Below, one piece after another: positions 10,284-19,498 of a stretch of DNA of 64,000 nt. Source of the stretch: an uncultured Oligoflexus sp. (GTDB lineage: Bacteria > Bdellovibrionota_B > Oligoflexia > Oligoflexales > Oligoflexaceae); contig CAXSGP010000004.1 in the NCBI GenBank assembly GCA_964236955.1, positions 1-64,000 on the forward strand, given 5' to 3'. Each line of letters opens with the position of its first letter. Positions within the stretch are counted from its first letter, which is position 1. Below the pieces are notes generated by a model. That model searched no databases, was not told the DNA's origin, and saw only the letters and a program-made list of their open reading frames with translations. The translations under genes and the position numbers were made by a program.

Positions 10284-10506
10284 ACCTTTCAAGCGTGCGG
10301 GATCATCAATTTGACTGAAAATTCGCGGTCGGACGAGCTGGAGGGCCATCTTTAAGATCTGTGATAAGCCTGAAAAAGGCTGCGTCATAATACTCATAAA
10401 GCACTAGCCTACCTTTGCGACAAGTGATTGCGTTCATTTCGTCGCTTCCTTTCTTTGTGATGGACAGGTATAGGGCCTTTAACGACTCTTATAGGAAGGT
10501 TCAATT

Positions 10507-10839
10507 ATGTTGCTCAGCATTGCCAAAACAAGTCTCGCTCTCTTGTCCCTAGGATTCGCCACGGTCAGTTTCGCGGGCGTGGCGACACTTGAAAATGTCC
10601 CCGCCTCAAGTCCAGAGGTCCATGCTTCTGTCGATTCCCCGAACGTCCCTGAAGGCTGTGAAGATCTCGCCATTGCTACTTGCGAAGAAGGTAGCACACG
10701 TCTAACGTCCTGCTCATTAGGCATGCAGCACGTTTTGGAAAGAGGCTATTGCAAGGCGCTCCACGAATTAAAGGCAAAAGTTTGTGCGAGCGGTGCTTCT
10801 TTCGATGCTGAAGCTGTTCACTGTCGGCCGCTATTGTAG
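10507..10839 (+). CDS. Small secreted Cys-rich hypothetical protein
   Basis: Signal peptide ending VSFA; six Cys in the mature part; GGAAGG RBS. Confidence 0.7.
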   Translation: MLLSIAKTSLALLSLGFATVSFAGVATLENVPASSPEVHASVDSPNVPEGCEDLAIATCEEGSTRLTSCSLGMQHVLERGYCKALHELKAKVCASGASFDAEAVHCRPLL

Positions 10840-11044
10840 GTTCTAGGCTGCCAGAATTGATGCAGGTGGAAAATGGAACTGTAGGGCTTCGACGTAGTTA
10901 TCACGCCAAGGCCCGAATACAGTCCTTTTCTTAGTCAGATTATTGCCGATACAGAGCGAGAATCGTCTTTAATAGGCGGCTTCTAACAGTTTGACGGGCA
11001 TCCAAAAAATCAAATGGGCCACTTATGAAGTCACCCCAAATAAA

Positions 11045-11989
11045 TCAGCCTTCTTCAAATAACCAAGTCGAAAGATAACGTTCACCCGTACTGGGAATTA
11101 TTACTACGATTTGTTTTCCCCGATTTTCCGGCCGGGCTGCGAGCGTCAGGCCAGCCGACAGGTTTGCTCCCGAGGATATCCCACAGAAAATCCCCTCTTC
11201 TTTGGCCAGGCGTCGCGCCCAGTATCCCGATTCTTCGTTGCTAACCTGAATAATCTCATCGACCAACTTCATATCAAGGATCTCAGGCACAAACCCTGCG
11301 CCGATTCCCTGGATTTTGTGGGGGCCAGGACTGCCTCCTGACAGTACCGCGGAATCTTTGGGTTCGACTCCGACGGCTCTAAAACCAGGCTTTAGACCTT
11401 TGATCACCGAAGAAACTCCGGTAATGGTGCCGCCGGTGCCGACGCCGGCGACCAGTATATCAACCTTGCCATCGGTATCCTCCCAGATTTCAAGCGCCGT
11501 CGTTCGTTTATGAACATCGACATTCGCCTTGTTTTTAAATTGCTGCGGCATCCAGTAACTGGGATTTTCCGCCTTGATCTCTTCGGCTTTGGCTATTGCG
11601 CCCTTCATACCCTTATCCCCTGGCGTCAGGACAAGTTCGGCGCCTAAAGCCTTGAGCAGTTTCCGGCGTTCCTGGCTCATTGTTTCGGGCATTGTCAGGA
11701 CCACGCGATAGCCTTTGGAAGCGGCGACGAATGCCAGGGCGATCCCGGTGTTGCCGCTGGTCGGCTCGACGATCGTCGTGCCCTTCTTGAGCTCGCCCGA
11801 AGCCTCCGCCGCTTCAATCATCGCCACCCCAATCCGGTCTTTGACGCTGGAGAGCGGATTGAAGTACTCAAGTTTAAGCAAAATATCGGCCGGCAGATCC
11901 CTGCCCAAAGTCGTCAGGCGTACCAGGGGGGTGTTACCGACTGTATCCAAAATGGAATTGGCAATTTTGGGACGTTGTTTCCTTTGCAT
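11045..11989 (-). CDS. cysK: Cysteine synthase A
   Basis: VGNTPLV, SVKDRIG (PLP Lys), [31 protein letters not shown]. Confidence 0.97.
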   Translation of the reverse strand: MQRKQRPKIANSILDTVGNTPLVRLTTLGRDLPADILLKLEYFNPLSSVKDRIGVAMIEAAEASGELKKGTTIVEPTSGNTGIALAFVAASKGYRVVLTMPETMSQERRKLLKALGAELVLTPGDKGMKGAIAKAEEIKAENPSYWMPQQFKNKANVDVHKRTTALEIWEDTDGKVDILVAGVGTGGTITGVSSVIKGLKPGFRAVGVEPKDSAVLSGGSPGPHKIQGIGAGFVPEILDMKLVDEIIQVSNEESGYWARRLAKEEGIFCGISSGANLSAGLTLAARPENRGKQIVVIIPSTGERYLSTWLFEEG

Positions 11990-11999
11990 GGCAGGCTCC

Positions 12000-12812
12000 T
12001 TATATTCCATCGCCATCGATGAAGTGAGTGGAAAGATATCGCTGTTGTGTGAGGCGGCTTCCCGCCGGCACACTTTCCGTTAACCAAACATTTCCGCCGA
12101 TCACTGACTTCGCGCCGACTACGATACGGCCGAGGATGGTGGCGCCGGCATAGATGGTAACGCCATCCTCGATAATGGGATGGCGCAATTGGCCCTTGAC
12201 GACAACGCCATCGGCCTCCCGATGAAAACGGATCGCTCCCAAAGTAACGCCCTGGTAGATCGTTACATGATTCCCTATGATTGCTGTCTCACCAACCACG
12301 ACTCCCGTACCGTGATCGATGAAAAAATGGGAACCGATTTGGGCGCCAGGGTGAATGTCGATGCCTGTCAGGGTATGGGCCCGCTCGCCGATCAAACGAG
12401 GAATCAATGCAAAATTGTGGCGGTAAAAACAGTGAGCGATGCGTTGATACGAAATGGCTTTAAACCCGGGGTAGGCAAAGACGACCTCAAGAGGATCCAC
12501 AGTTGCCGGATCGTTCGTAATCACGGCATCGATATCGGTATGAATGACAGCCGATAGTTTTTGCAAGTCATGGCTGAGTTGTGCAGGTGTTACAGGAACC
12601 GGCTCAAGCTCTTCATAGACGCGATGGAGATAACCAAAAAGTTCACTAAGCAAAGGCTCGACCGTAACCCGGAAGAATTCAGGCGCATTGCTTTCAAATA
12701 GCCATCCTGCCGAGACCAAGCGAACAAGCTCATCGATATCCCGCTGAAAGCAAACCAAAGTGCGGTGATCCAGCTTATGGAGCTTAAGGTCGTGAGACCA
12801 ACTAAATCCCAT
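12000..12812 (-). CDS. cysE: Serine O-acetyltransferase
   Basis: [38 protein letters not shown]; 10 bp upstream of cysK. Confidence 0.93.
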   Translation of the reverse strand: MGFSWSHDLKLHKLDHRTLVCFQRDIDELVRLVSAGWLFESNAPEFFRVTVEPLLSELFGYLHRVYEELEPVPVTPAQLSHDLQKLSAVIHTDIDAVITNDPATVDPLEVVFAYPGFKAISYQRIAHCFYRHNFALIPRLIGERAHTLTGIDIHPGAQIGSHFFIDHGTGVVVGETAIIGNHVTIYQGVTLGAIRFHREADGVVVKGQLRHPIIEDGVTIYAGATILGRIVVGAKSVIGGNVWLTESVPAGSRLTQQRYLSTHFIDGDGI

Positions 12813-13074
12813 GTCCCCTCCTCATACCATACCGCCAAACAGACGAATAATAGGTGACTATTCGGCAGCGCTAAGCAGCGAAAACGTTTTTAGGCAGGTA
12901 TCTAAACTCGTGCCTTGGAACTCTTTGATTTATCATGGGAAGCTTAGTCAAGCGAGCGAAGCTTGGAGGAAGGTCGATATTTTATTCCAAAAGCATAAGC
13001 GGAGTGACAAGTCGGTGGCGAAATTAAAGTTAGCGAGGCACGTTTTGCACCTCGCCGTGGAAGACACTAAGAAA

Positions 13075-13662
13075 TTAAGTAAACCGATGGATAATCTCTC
13101 CTATGCTTTGATTCATATTCCTCACAGCCATCGTTGATTGGTGTGAGACCTGTTGCCAAGCCTTTGACAATTCCTCCCGACCTTTGTTGATGAACTCCGC
13201 TGTTTCCATTTTACCTAAATGGGCCTTGAGCTTAACCTCATCCAAGATGTTATGAGAAACCGAGTCGAGATGTACAGCACCCAGGACTGATGTGGCCTGA
13301 TGCTTGACTTCTTCCCATTTTCCCATGGCTTCCATGAGACCAAGATGAAATTGCAGTTGGGATTCCGATAATTTATTTTCGAAGTTCTCAGCATAGCCTT
13401 GGAGTTTTTCGCTGAGGGTATCAACGGACTCAAGCAGTTCAAATGCTTTTGCCTCAGCATCCGTTTTAATGTTGAATCTTTCGCTTATTGTCTCAACAGA
13501 TTGAAGAATATCAAGGGCTTTGTCCTCCGCACCGATTTGCGCCGCGTGAATTTTGGCGCGTAGGTCTTCAGAAAACCTTTTAATTTTATCGGCAGCTTCC
13601 TGGACTGATAGTTTCAGTTCTGATGCTGAGGATGGATCGGGTGTTATCGATTCAGCTGTCAT
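13075..13662 (-). CDS. Hypothetical coiled-coil protein with duplicated HLGxME motif
   Basis: ATG after AGGGG; helical composition; LQFHLGLME and LKAHLGKME. Confidence 0.75.
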   Translation of the reverse strand: MTAESITPDPSSASELKLSVQEAADKIKRFSEDLRAKIHAAQIGAEDKALDILQSVETISERFNIKTDAEAKAFELLESVDTLSEKLQGYAENFENKLSESQLQFHLGLMEAMGKWEEVKHQATSVLGAVHLDSVSHNILDEVKLKAHLGKMETAEFINKGREELSKAWQQVSHQSTMAVRNMNQSIGEIIHRFT

Positions 13663-13815
13663 ATGAAGTGCCCCTTTTTTGATCTTAGAGAGATTTCGAT
13701 CTGAGCTTGTCAGATTTAAGTTAATAAGCAAAGTTTGTACCAAAGCAGGGCTGACTCGACAAAGTCTGCATTTCAGGCAAAATAGTCGGAGACGTTTTCG
13801 ACAAAGGAGTCCAGT

Positions 13816-15078
13816 TTGACAGTTCGTGATGATAGCGATGCCTTTCCCAGTTTTCGTGATGTGCCCAATACCGGTGTAATTTATGTAATGAACAGCGCCC
13901 AGAAGCAAGGATTTGCCTATGGTTCGAAGGAATGGGCAAATTTAGGTCAGGGCGCTCCCGAGACGGGACAGCTGCATTGCGATGAGGCGCGGTTAAATTC
14001 CATTGTCATCGATCCGAACTGTAGCGAATACAGTCCAGTGGCTGGTGCGAAAGGATTAAGACAGGCGGTGGCCGATCTCTATAACGATCGTTATCGAAGG
14101 GGTTTCGGTTCGCAGTATACTTACGAAAATGTAGCTATTTCTTCGGGAGGCCGAAGCGGCCTGGCCCGCGTTACGGCGTCGCTTGGGCCCGTACATTTAG
14201 GACATTATCTACCGGATTATACAGCTTATGAAGAGCTTTTTGATGCCTTCAAGGGCTTTGTGCCCATGCCTATACTTCTTGAGGAAAGTGATGGTTTTCG
14301 TGTCACTTCAGATCAGCTCAGACACGAGATCGTAAGTCGTGGATTAGGGGCGGTCCTGCTATCCAATCCTCACAACCCTACAGGGCAGATTATCTATGGC
14401 AAGGACTTAGAGGATTATGTGGCGGTAGGCAGGCAGTATCGCTGCGCCTTGATCTTTGATGAATTTTATTCGCACTACCTCTACGACGAGATCGCCCTGG
14501 CCCATCCGAGTGTGTCCGCTGCCCGATACGTGGAAAACGTCGATAAGGATACGGTGATCCTCGTCGATGGTTTGACCAAGAACTGGCGTTATCCGGGGCT
14601 TAGAATCTCATGGACTCTGGGTCCAAAGGAAATCATCAAACGCTTTGCTTCCGCGGGGTCCTTTCTCGATGGGGGTGCGGCGCATCCCATTCAAAAGGCT
14701 ATCATACCACTGATGGACCGTAGCTTTGCTGATGAGCAGGCGTTGGCCATTCAAAAAGCCTTTGTCATGAAACGCAATATGATGTTGAAAACAATTGATA
14801 GTCTTGATCTGGGGCTTCCCCATAGGCCGAAGGCCGGCTTCTATTGCTTTGTCAGTCTTAAGGGGCTTAGGCCAGGACTGCAGGATGGGATTGATTTCTT
14901 TGAAGCGGCCCTCGGTAAAAAGGTTATCACAGTGCCGGGGAAGTTTTTTGATGTCAACCCTGGCAACCGACGACGTCATTTGCCTTCGCGTTTGAGTCAG
15001 TACGCACGCCTCAGCTACGGACCTACCGTTGAGGAAATTGAAAGAGGTATGAGCCGTTTAACAGAACTGGTTCGATAG
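13816..15078 (+). CDS. PLP-dependent aminotransferase class I/II
   Basis: NLGQGAPE, SNPHNPTG, DEFY, DGLTKNWRYPGLRISW. TTG start after AAGGAG. Confidence 0.92.
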   Translation: MTVRDDSDAFPSFRDVPNTGVIYVMNSAQKQGFAYGSKEWANLGQGAPETGQLHCDEARLNSIVIDPNCSEYSPVAGAKGLRQAVADLYNDRYRRGFGSQYTYENVAISSGGRSGLARVTASLGPVHLGHYLPDYTAYEELFDAFKGFVPMPILLEESDGFRVTSDQLRHEIVSRGLGAVLLSNPHNPTGQIIYGKDLEDYVAVGRQYRCALIFDEFYSHYLYDEIALAHPSVSAARYVENVDKDTVILVDGLTKNWRYPGLRISWTLGPKEIIKRFASAGSFLDGGAAHPIQKAIIPLMDRSFADEQALAIQKAFVMKRNMMLKTIDSLDLGLPHRPKAGFYCFVSLKGLRPGLQDGIDFFEAALGKKVITVPGKFFDVNPGNRRRHLPSRLSQYARLSYGPTVEEIERGMSRLTELVR

Positions 15079-15168
15079 CCCGGCACTTTAATAGCAAGCG
15101 ATTGGAATTGAGGGGATTTTTTTATTTATGATCTTTTTATAGCCATGACATTCTTTTGGTAATGAGTG

Positions 15169-15190
15169 TATCGATAATTGCCTATCGATA
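15169..15190. promoter_or_regulatory. Candidate operator TATCGATA-N6-TATCGATA
   Basis: Two identical palindromic octamers in the AT-rich region upstream of the cyclase gene. Confidence 0.35.
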
Positions 15191-15338
15191 TTTTCGTTAC
15201 CGCAAAATTTCAATACCCAAAATCATATTCGTTTTCCAAGCGCATCTCCTTAGCCTGTGTCTCTCGGGAGCTTGCTCATGAACTTGTGCCAATTGACCGA
15301 TGCCATGATCAGACCTATTCGCCATAAGGAAGACCTGA

Positions 15339-17279
15339 TTGCTCCAACTTCTTCTCACATTGATTTGCCTGCTGGTTCCGGCTGTCGCTCGGGGAGCCGT
15401 GCTCGATTTGAGGGAGACTGTTGATGTTCCGAAAAAAGCACTGGAAATAGCCTGGGAATATAGTGATTTACCGATCATACCCGGTAGGCTTAAAATCAGC
15501 GAACTTTCTAAACGGCCCCAAGATTTTTGGCTTGATCAAGCGGATCTGCCGCAGCGTGCCAGCTATCGAATCACAATTCTAAGAAAAGCGGATCAAGCGT
15601 CTTTACTCCTTGTCTTTAAGGATTGGCCGGCTTTCCGCGCCATTGTCAATGGTCAAACCCTGCTTGAAAAGGGTAAGCTTTACAACGGCTTTGGAGACAT
15701 TGAAAACAAAAGGGGCGACGTTTCCCTGCTGCTGCCCCAGGCGGAGGCAATCGAGGTGCTTCTTGAATTGGGCGCCAGCCTTCCTCGCTGGAATCACGCC
15801 CCGAAGCTCATTTACATAGGTACCGAAGCGGATCTACGTAAACAGGAACTGCGCAATTCCATCATTTTGGCGATTTTGCTAGGCGGGCTGTTTATCATCG
15901 GTCTTTATCATATCTCCCTCTTTGTGCTGACTCCCGCACGATCGGTAACGCTGATTCTTGGCGCCTTCTGTATGGTCAACTGTCTACGATGTTCAATCTC
16001 AGGAAACGTCGATATTCTGTACAACTTTTTCCCCGATTTTCCTTTTGGGCTTAGTTATAAATTGAGTTACATCGGTTATTACCTGTCGCCGGCGCTTTTT
16101 ATCGAATTTCTTAAGTTCAGTTTTCCGGGGACCCTCTCCCATAGGACTTTGCGATATCTCTGGCTCATTACGGTGACCTTCATCGTCATGACGGTAATCA
16201 CCCCGCTCGCAGTCTATGGTCGCTGGAACTCTGCGTTTCACGGAGTGACTCTTATCAGCATCGTCATCGCCACAATATGCATCAAACGGGCAATTAAAAA
16301 TCGAACCAAGGGAGCGTGGCTTCAGTTGGTTTCATTCTTACTGGTATCGATGGCAACGATCAACGACGTCATGTATGCCGAAGGACTGCCGAACATCGGC
16401 CTAACCATACCATTCGCAGTTTTTATCTTTATCCTTTTGCAATCGATGATACTCTCCTCGCAGTTTTCCCAGGCCTTTGCTGAGCTCGCTCACACCTATA
16501 AAGAATTCACCAAGATCGTCTATCTTCATACCGTCAAACAAATTGCCAGTGGCTTAGAGATTGAGAAAACGATGCGGGTGGGTACGGCAGATGCCGTGGT
16601 GCTGGCCTTTGATATCGTCGGATCCTCGCGACTTAAGCATCCTGGCCTTAGCGATGCCATCGAACGGATGATGGGTCGATGCTATGAGGCGATGTCGGAG
16701 GGGTATGACGCGGTAAATATGCATTCCCGGGCTTACCGAGTCAAAGAGATGGGCGACGGCTTGCTGTGCTCCGTCGGATTTCCCTTTCCTACCGGCGCTA
16801 GGAATTGCAATTCGTCGGTGGCTGTAGCGTTGGCTGTCGATTTTATGAGAATTTTTAAAGAGGAATTTGAAAAGCTAAATCTAGAAATCGATGCCTTTTG
16901 CGGAATCGGTATTGCCAAAGGCCAGGTGGAAGGCTTTTTCCCAAGGTTTGGGGTCAAGCAGTATGATCTCCGTGGCAAAACAATAGTTCTCGCCACCCGA
17001 TATGAATCGATGCGTAATGCGGTGTTTAATCGGGCCGGATGGAAGGGCAGTGTGATTTTCCTTCAGGACGATGTCTATCAGGAGCTCGCCGTAGGCGAAC
17101 AAGCACTTTACACCGAATGGGATGCCACGGCCGACGGGCAAAGAATTCGTGACGACGGCCAGGCAAAAAAAGCTTGGTTTCGTTTCGTTCCCCATGCAGT
17201 TTGCAGGGACAAGCGCGCCATCGATTGCCTAGTGGCGCGCGAGGACGACGGCGAACGAGCGCTCAAAGCTTCGGCGTAA
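15339..17279 (+). CDS. Membrane-bound class III adenylate/guanylate cyclase with 7TM-DISM-like sensor
   Basis: Signal peptide, periplasmic domain and about 7 TM helices, then AFDIVGSS, VKEMGDG, GIGIAKG and QYDLRG. Confidence 0.88.
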   Translation: MLQLLLTLICLLVPAVARGAVLDLRETVDVPKKALEIAWEYSDLPIIPGRLKISELSKRPQDFWLDQADLPQRASYRITILRKADQASLLLVFKDWPAFRAIVNGQTLLEKGKLYNGFGDIENKRGDVSLLLPQAEAIEVLLELGASLPRWNHAPKLIYIGTEADLRKQELRNSIILAILLGGLFIIGLYHISLFVLTPARSVTLILGAFCMVNCLRCSISGNVDILYNFFPDFPFGLSYKLSYIGYYLSPALFIEFLKFSFPGTLSHRTLRYLWLITVTFIVMTVITPLAVYGRWNSAFHGVTLISIVIATICIKRAIKNRTKGAWLQLVSFLLVSMATINDVMYAEGLPNIGLTIPFAVFIFILLQSMILSSQFSQAFAELAHTYKEFTKIVYLHTVKQIASGLEIEKTMRVGTADAVVLAFDIVGSSRLKHPGLSDAIERMMGRCYEAMSEGYDAVNMHSRAYRVKEMGDGLLCSVGFPFPTGARNCNSSVAVALAVDFMRIFKEEFEKLNLEIDAFCGIGIAKGQVEGFFPRFGVKQYDLRGKTIVLATRYESMRNAVFNRAGWKGSVIFLQDDVYQELAVGEQALYTEWDATADGQRIRDDGQAKKAWFRFVPHAVCRDKRAIDCLVAREDDGERALKASA

Positions 17280-17347
17280 GACCTTGGCCGTGCCTAGAAC
17301 CGCGCTTGAGTGCATAAGCCCATAAACATTTTTTTCCCTTAGGACCC

Positions 17348-18160
17348 CTACCACTCCTCGCCAAAGGAAAGTCCAGATAAAATAATCATTCCTCCGTTGC
17401 GGTTGGAAGGATAATCGCTCAGCAGGTTTTGACCACCGACTCTGAGATTGGCATTATAGGTTAAGCTCAACCAATTCAAACTTATGGTGTATTCCTTCCA
17501 GGACCACTGATTGCCAAGCGATAGACTGATGCCGGTTCGGGCGTAATAATCTTTCTCGAAGCCCTTGCCTTTAGCCAAAATTCCGCTGGATCCAAACACG
17601 CTCAAGCCAATATTAGTTGTATCATTTGCAAAATACTGACCATGGGCTGCATAACGGAAAGCAGTGCCTTGGCGTTTTATGTTTTTAAAGCGGAGCCTGT
17701 TGCCTGTCGCCGGATCCAGATATTTTTTGTCGAAACCATAGTAAACATCTTCGCCGGCTACACTTAGGCCAAGCTTTATGTCTGAAGTATGAAAAATATA
17801 ACCCTTCACTCCGTAAGCGACCGGCGTGAAATACTCTTTGTTGCCCTGAAAAGTATTGTAATCGACAAAGATTTCAACTGATTTTGCACGAGACTGCCTC
17901 GTTATGAAACTGGCAGTCGTTTCCGAGTCGGCTTCGTCCTCTTCAGCCTCCTGAGCCTTGTCATCAACTTTGTCGTTGGGAGCTGTCGATTGCGTCTCGG
18001 TAACGGGAGACCCGGATGGCTTGCCGTCGACCGGGGCTTGAGGAGTCGAGGATGCTGGGGCCTGCTCTGCCGAGTCTTGCGAATAGAGGCGGCCCTGAGC
18101 GTGCAACGATGTTGTTAAAACTAGGGCACTTGGCCAGGTAAGACTCAATATTCTTTGCAT
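17348..18160 (-). CDS. Putative outer-membrane beta-barrel with disordered acidic N-terminal linker
   Basis: Signal peptide, P/S/E-rich linker, beta-rich C-terminus ending LSFGEEW; GGAG RBS. Confidence 0.68.
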   Translation of the reverse strand: MQRILSLTWPSALVLTTSLHAQGRLYSQDSAEQAPASSTPQAPVDGKPSGSPVTETQSTAPNDKVDDKAQEAEEDEADSETTASFITRQSRAKSVEIFVDYNTFQGNKEYFTPVAYGVKGYIFHTSDIKLGLSVAGEDVYYGFDKKYLDPATGNRLRFKNIKRQGTAFRYAAHGQYFANDTTNIGLSVFGSSGILAKGKGFEKDYYARTGISLSLGNQWSWKEYTISLNWLSLTYNANLRVGGQNLLSDYPSNRNGGMIILSGLSFGEEW

Positions 18161-18501
18161 GGACATCTCCAAGATAAGCTCGATCTCAGAACAGACATAT
18201 AAAATTGTATTTTAAATAATAGTGGAATCCGGTCCGGGATGATAGTCGTCAGTGGGAAAAAGGCAAATGTTTAGCTGGATATTGAAATCGGCGATGCGCC
18301 GCTGAAGGGGCCCGTTCCGGAATTTAATGTTTCTTACGCCTCAGCAAAAGGTTTGGGACTGCGCAGGCGAATGGGTGGCTAGGGTACGGTAAAAACTCGG
18401 TTTTATTATGGGATGATCCCATTTTAATCAGGCTCTTTCTTACCTCATATTCCCCTCATGCCCTAGCCTCCGCTAGCCGCTAAGTAAGGGTAGGAGGCTA
18501 T

Positions 18502-19329
18502 GTGAAACCATCATTCCTAGGTCTGGTTCTATTGGGCTTATTTTTCGTTTTTGGTTGCGTTAGCCCTCGCCTGATCCCAAGCACGGTAGCCCAAGAGGCC
18601 TGTGTCGATTGGACTTCGTATCTGGGTGAATCCCACGACTGCTCTTACGCGGACGGTGGTTCCCTGGGGCCGGATTCGATAAGGCAAAACATCACGCAAA
18701 AAGTAGTTCTAGAAGGCTATCCCTTGGCTCGAAAAGAATATGGGCTGTCGCTGCTATTTTTTAATTACGATGGTACATACCAGGCTCGCAAGCTGCGCTT
18801 TACCTGGTATTACCAAGAACGATTTGGGGAAAAAAAATATCTGGTTTACGCCGAAGATTCCCGAGGCCAGTATACAGTTGAAGACAATGGCGCGATAATC
18901 CTCAATAGCCCTAGCTACTCAACCTGCGACAGTCGAAAATCGGGTGCCGAAACGATTTATGCCCATACCCAAAATTATCCTCGGCTCCAACCTTACCGCA
19001 GCATCAAAGCTGCCGAGACTGCCATTGTATTTGAGACCAAAGCGTGGTTGAGCGATTTTTTAGGGGCCCCTTTTTGGAGGGGTAAGATTGAAAGTCGTCG
19101 GAATTATAAGATGCCGCCCTTTCCTGTTCGGGCCGACCTGCCACTTGACTACACCTTCGAAGGATTTCAGGCCCGAATCTATTATGGGTGCCTCACCAAT
19201 GGCTTTCTGGGCTTTATACCTGCCGATGCATCGAAAGAAAAGATAGTCAAAGAGGAGACCTTTCATTATAAAAAGGACGATAATCCCATGGGCTTGCGAC
19301 CTGGGACAAGCTTTTTCGTCAGCCCCTGA
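18502..19329 (+). CDS. Hypothetical lipoprotein
   Basis: GTG after AGGAGG; lipobox FVFGC. Confidence 0.75.
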   Translation: MKPSFLGLVLLGLFFVFGCVSPRLIPSTVAQEACVDWTSYLGESHDCSYADGGSLGPDSIRQNITQKVVLEGYPLARKEYGLSLLFFNYDGTYQARKLRFTWYYQERFGEKKYLVYAEDSRGQYTVEDNGAIILNSPSYSTCDSRKSGAETIYAHTQNYPRLQPYRSIKAAETAIVFETKAWLSDFLGAPFWRGKIESRRNYKMPPFPVRADLPLDYTFEGFQARIYYGCLTNGFLGFIPADASKEKIVKEETFHYKKDDNPMGLRPGTSFFVSP

Positions 19330-19498
19330 TATTGCCTTGCGGGAACTGTCCAATGAAAATTTTAAGAACCTTTAAGACCGGCGGTGGGGCCTTGCGTATT
19401 TCGAGCATGAATGCGACTCCAGGAACACCCCCATGAAGGACTCTTCATTAGCATCATGATTGAGGACCCCAAATTTGGCGAAGGTGGGCAGGCTTGAA

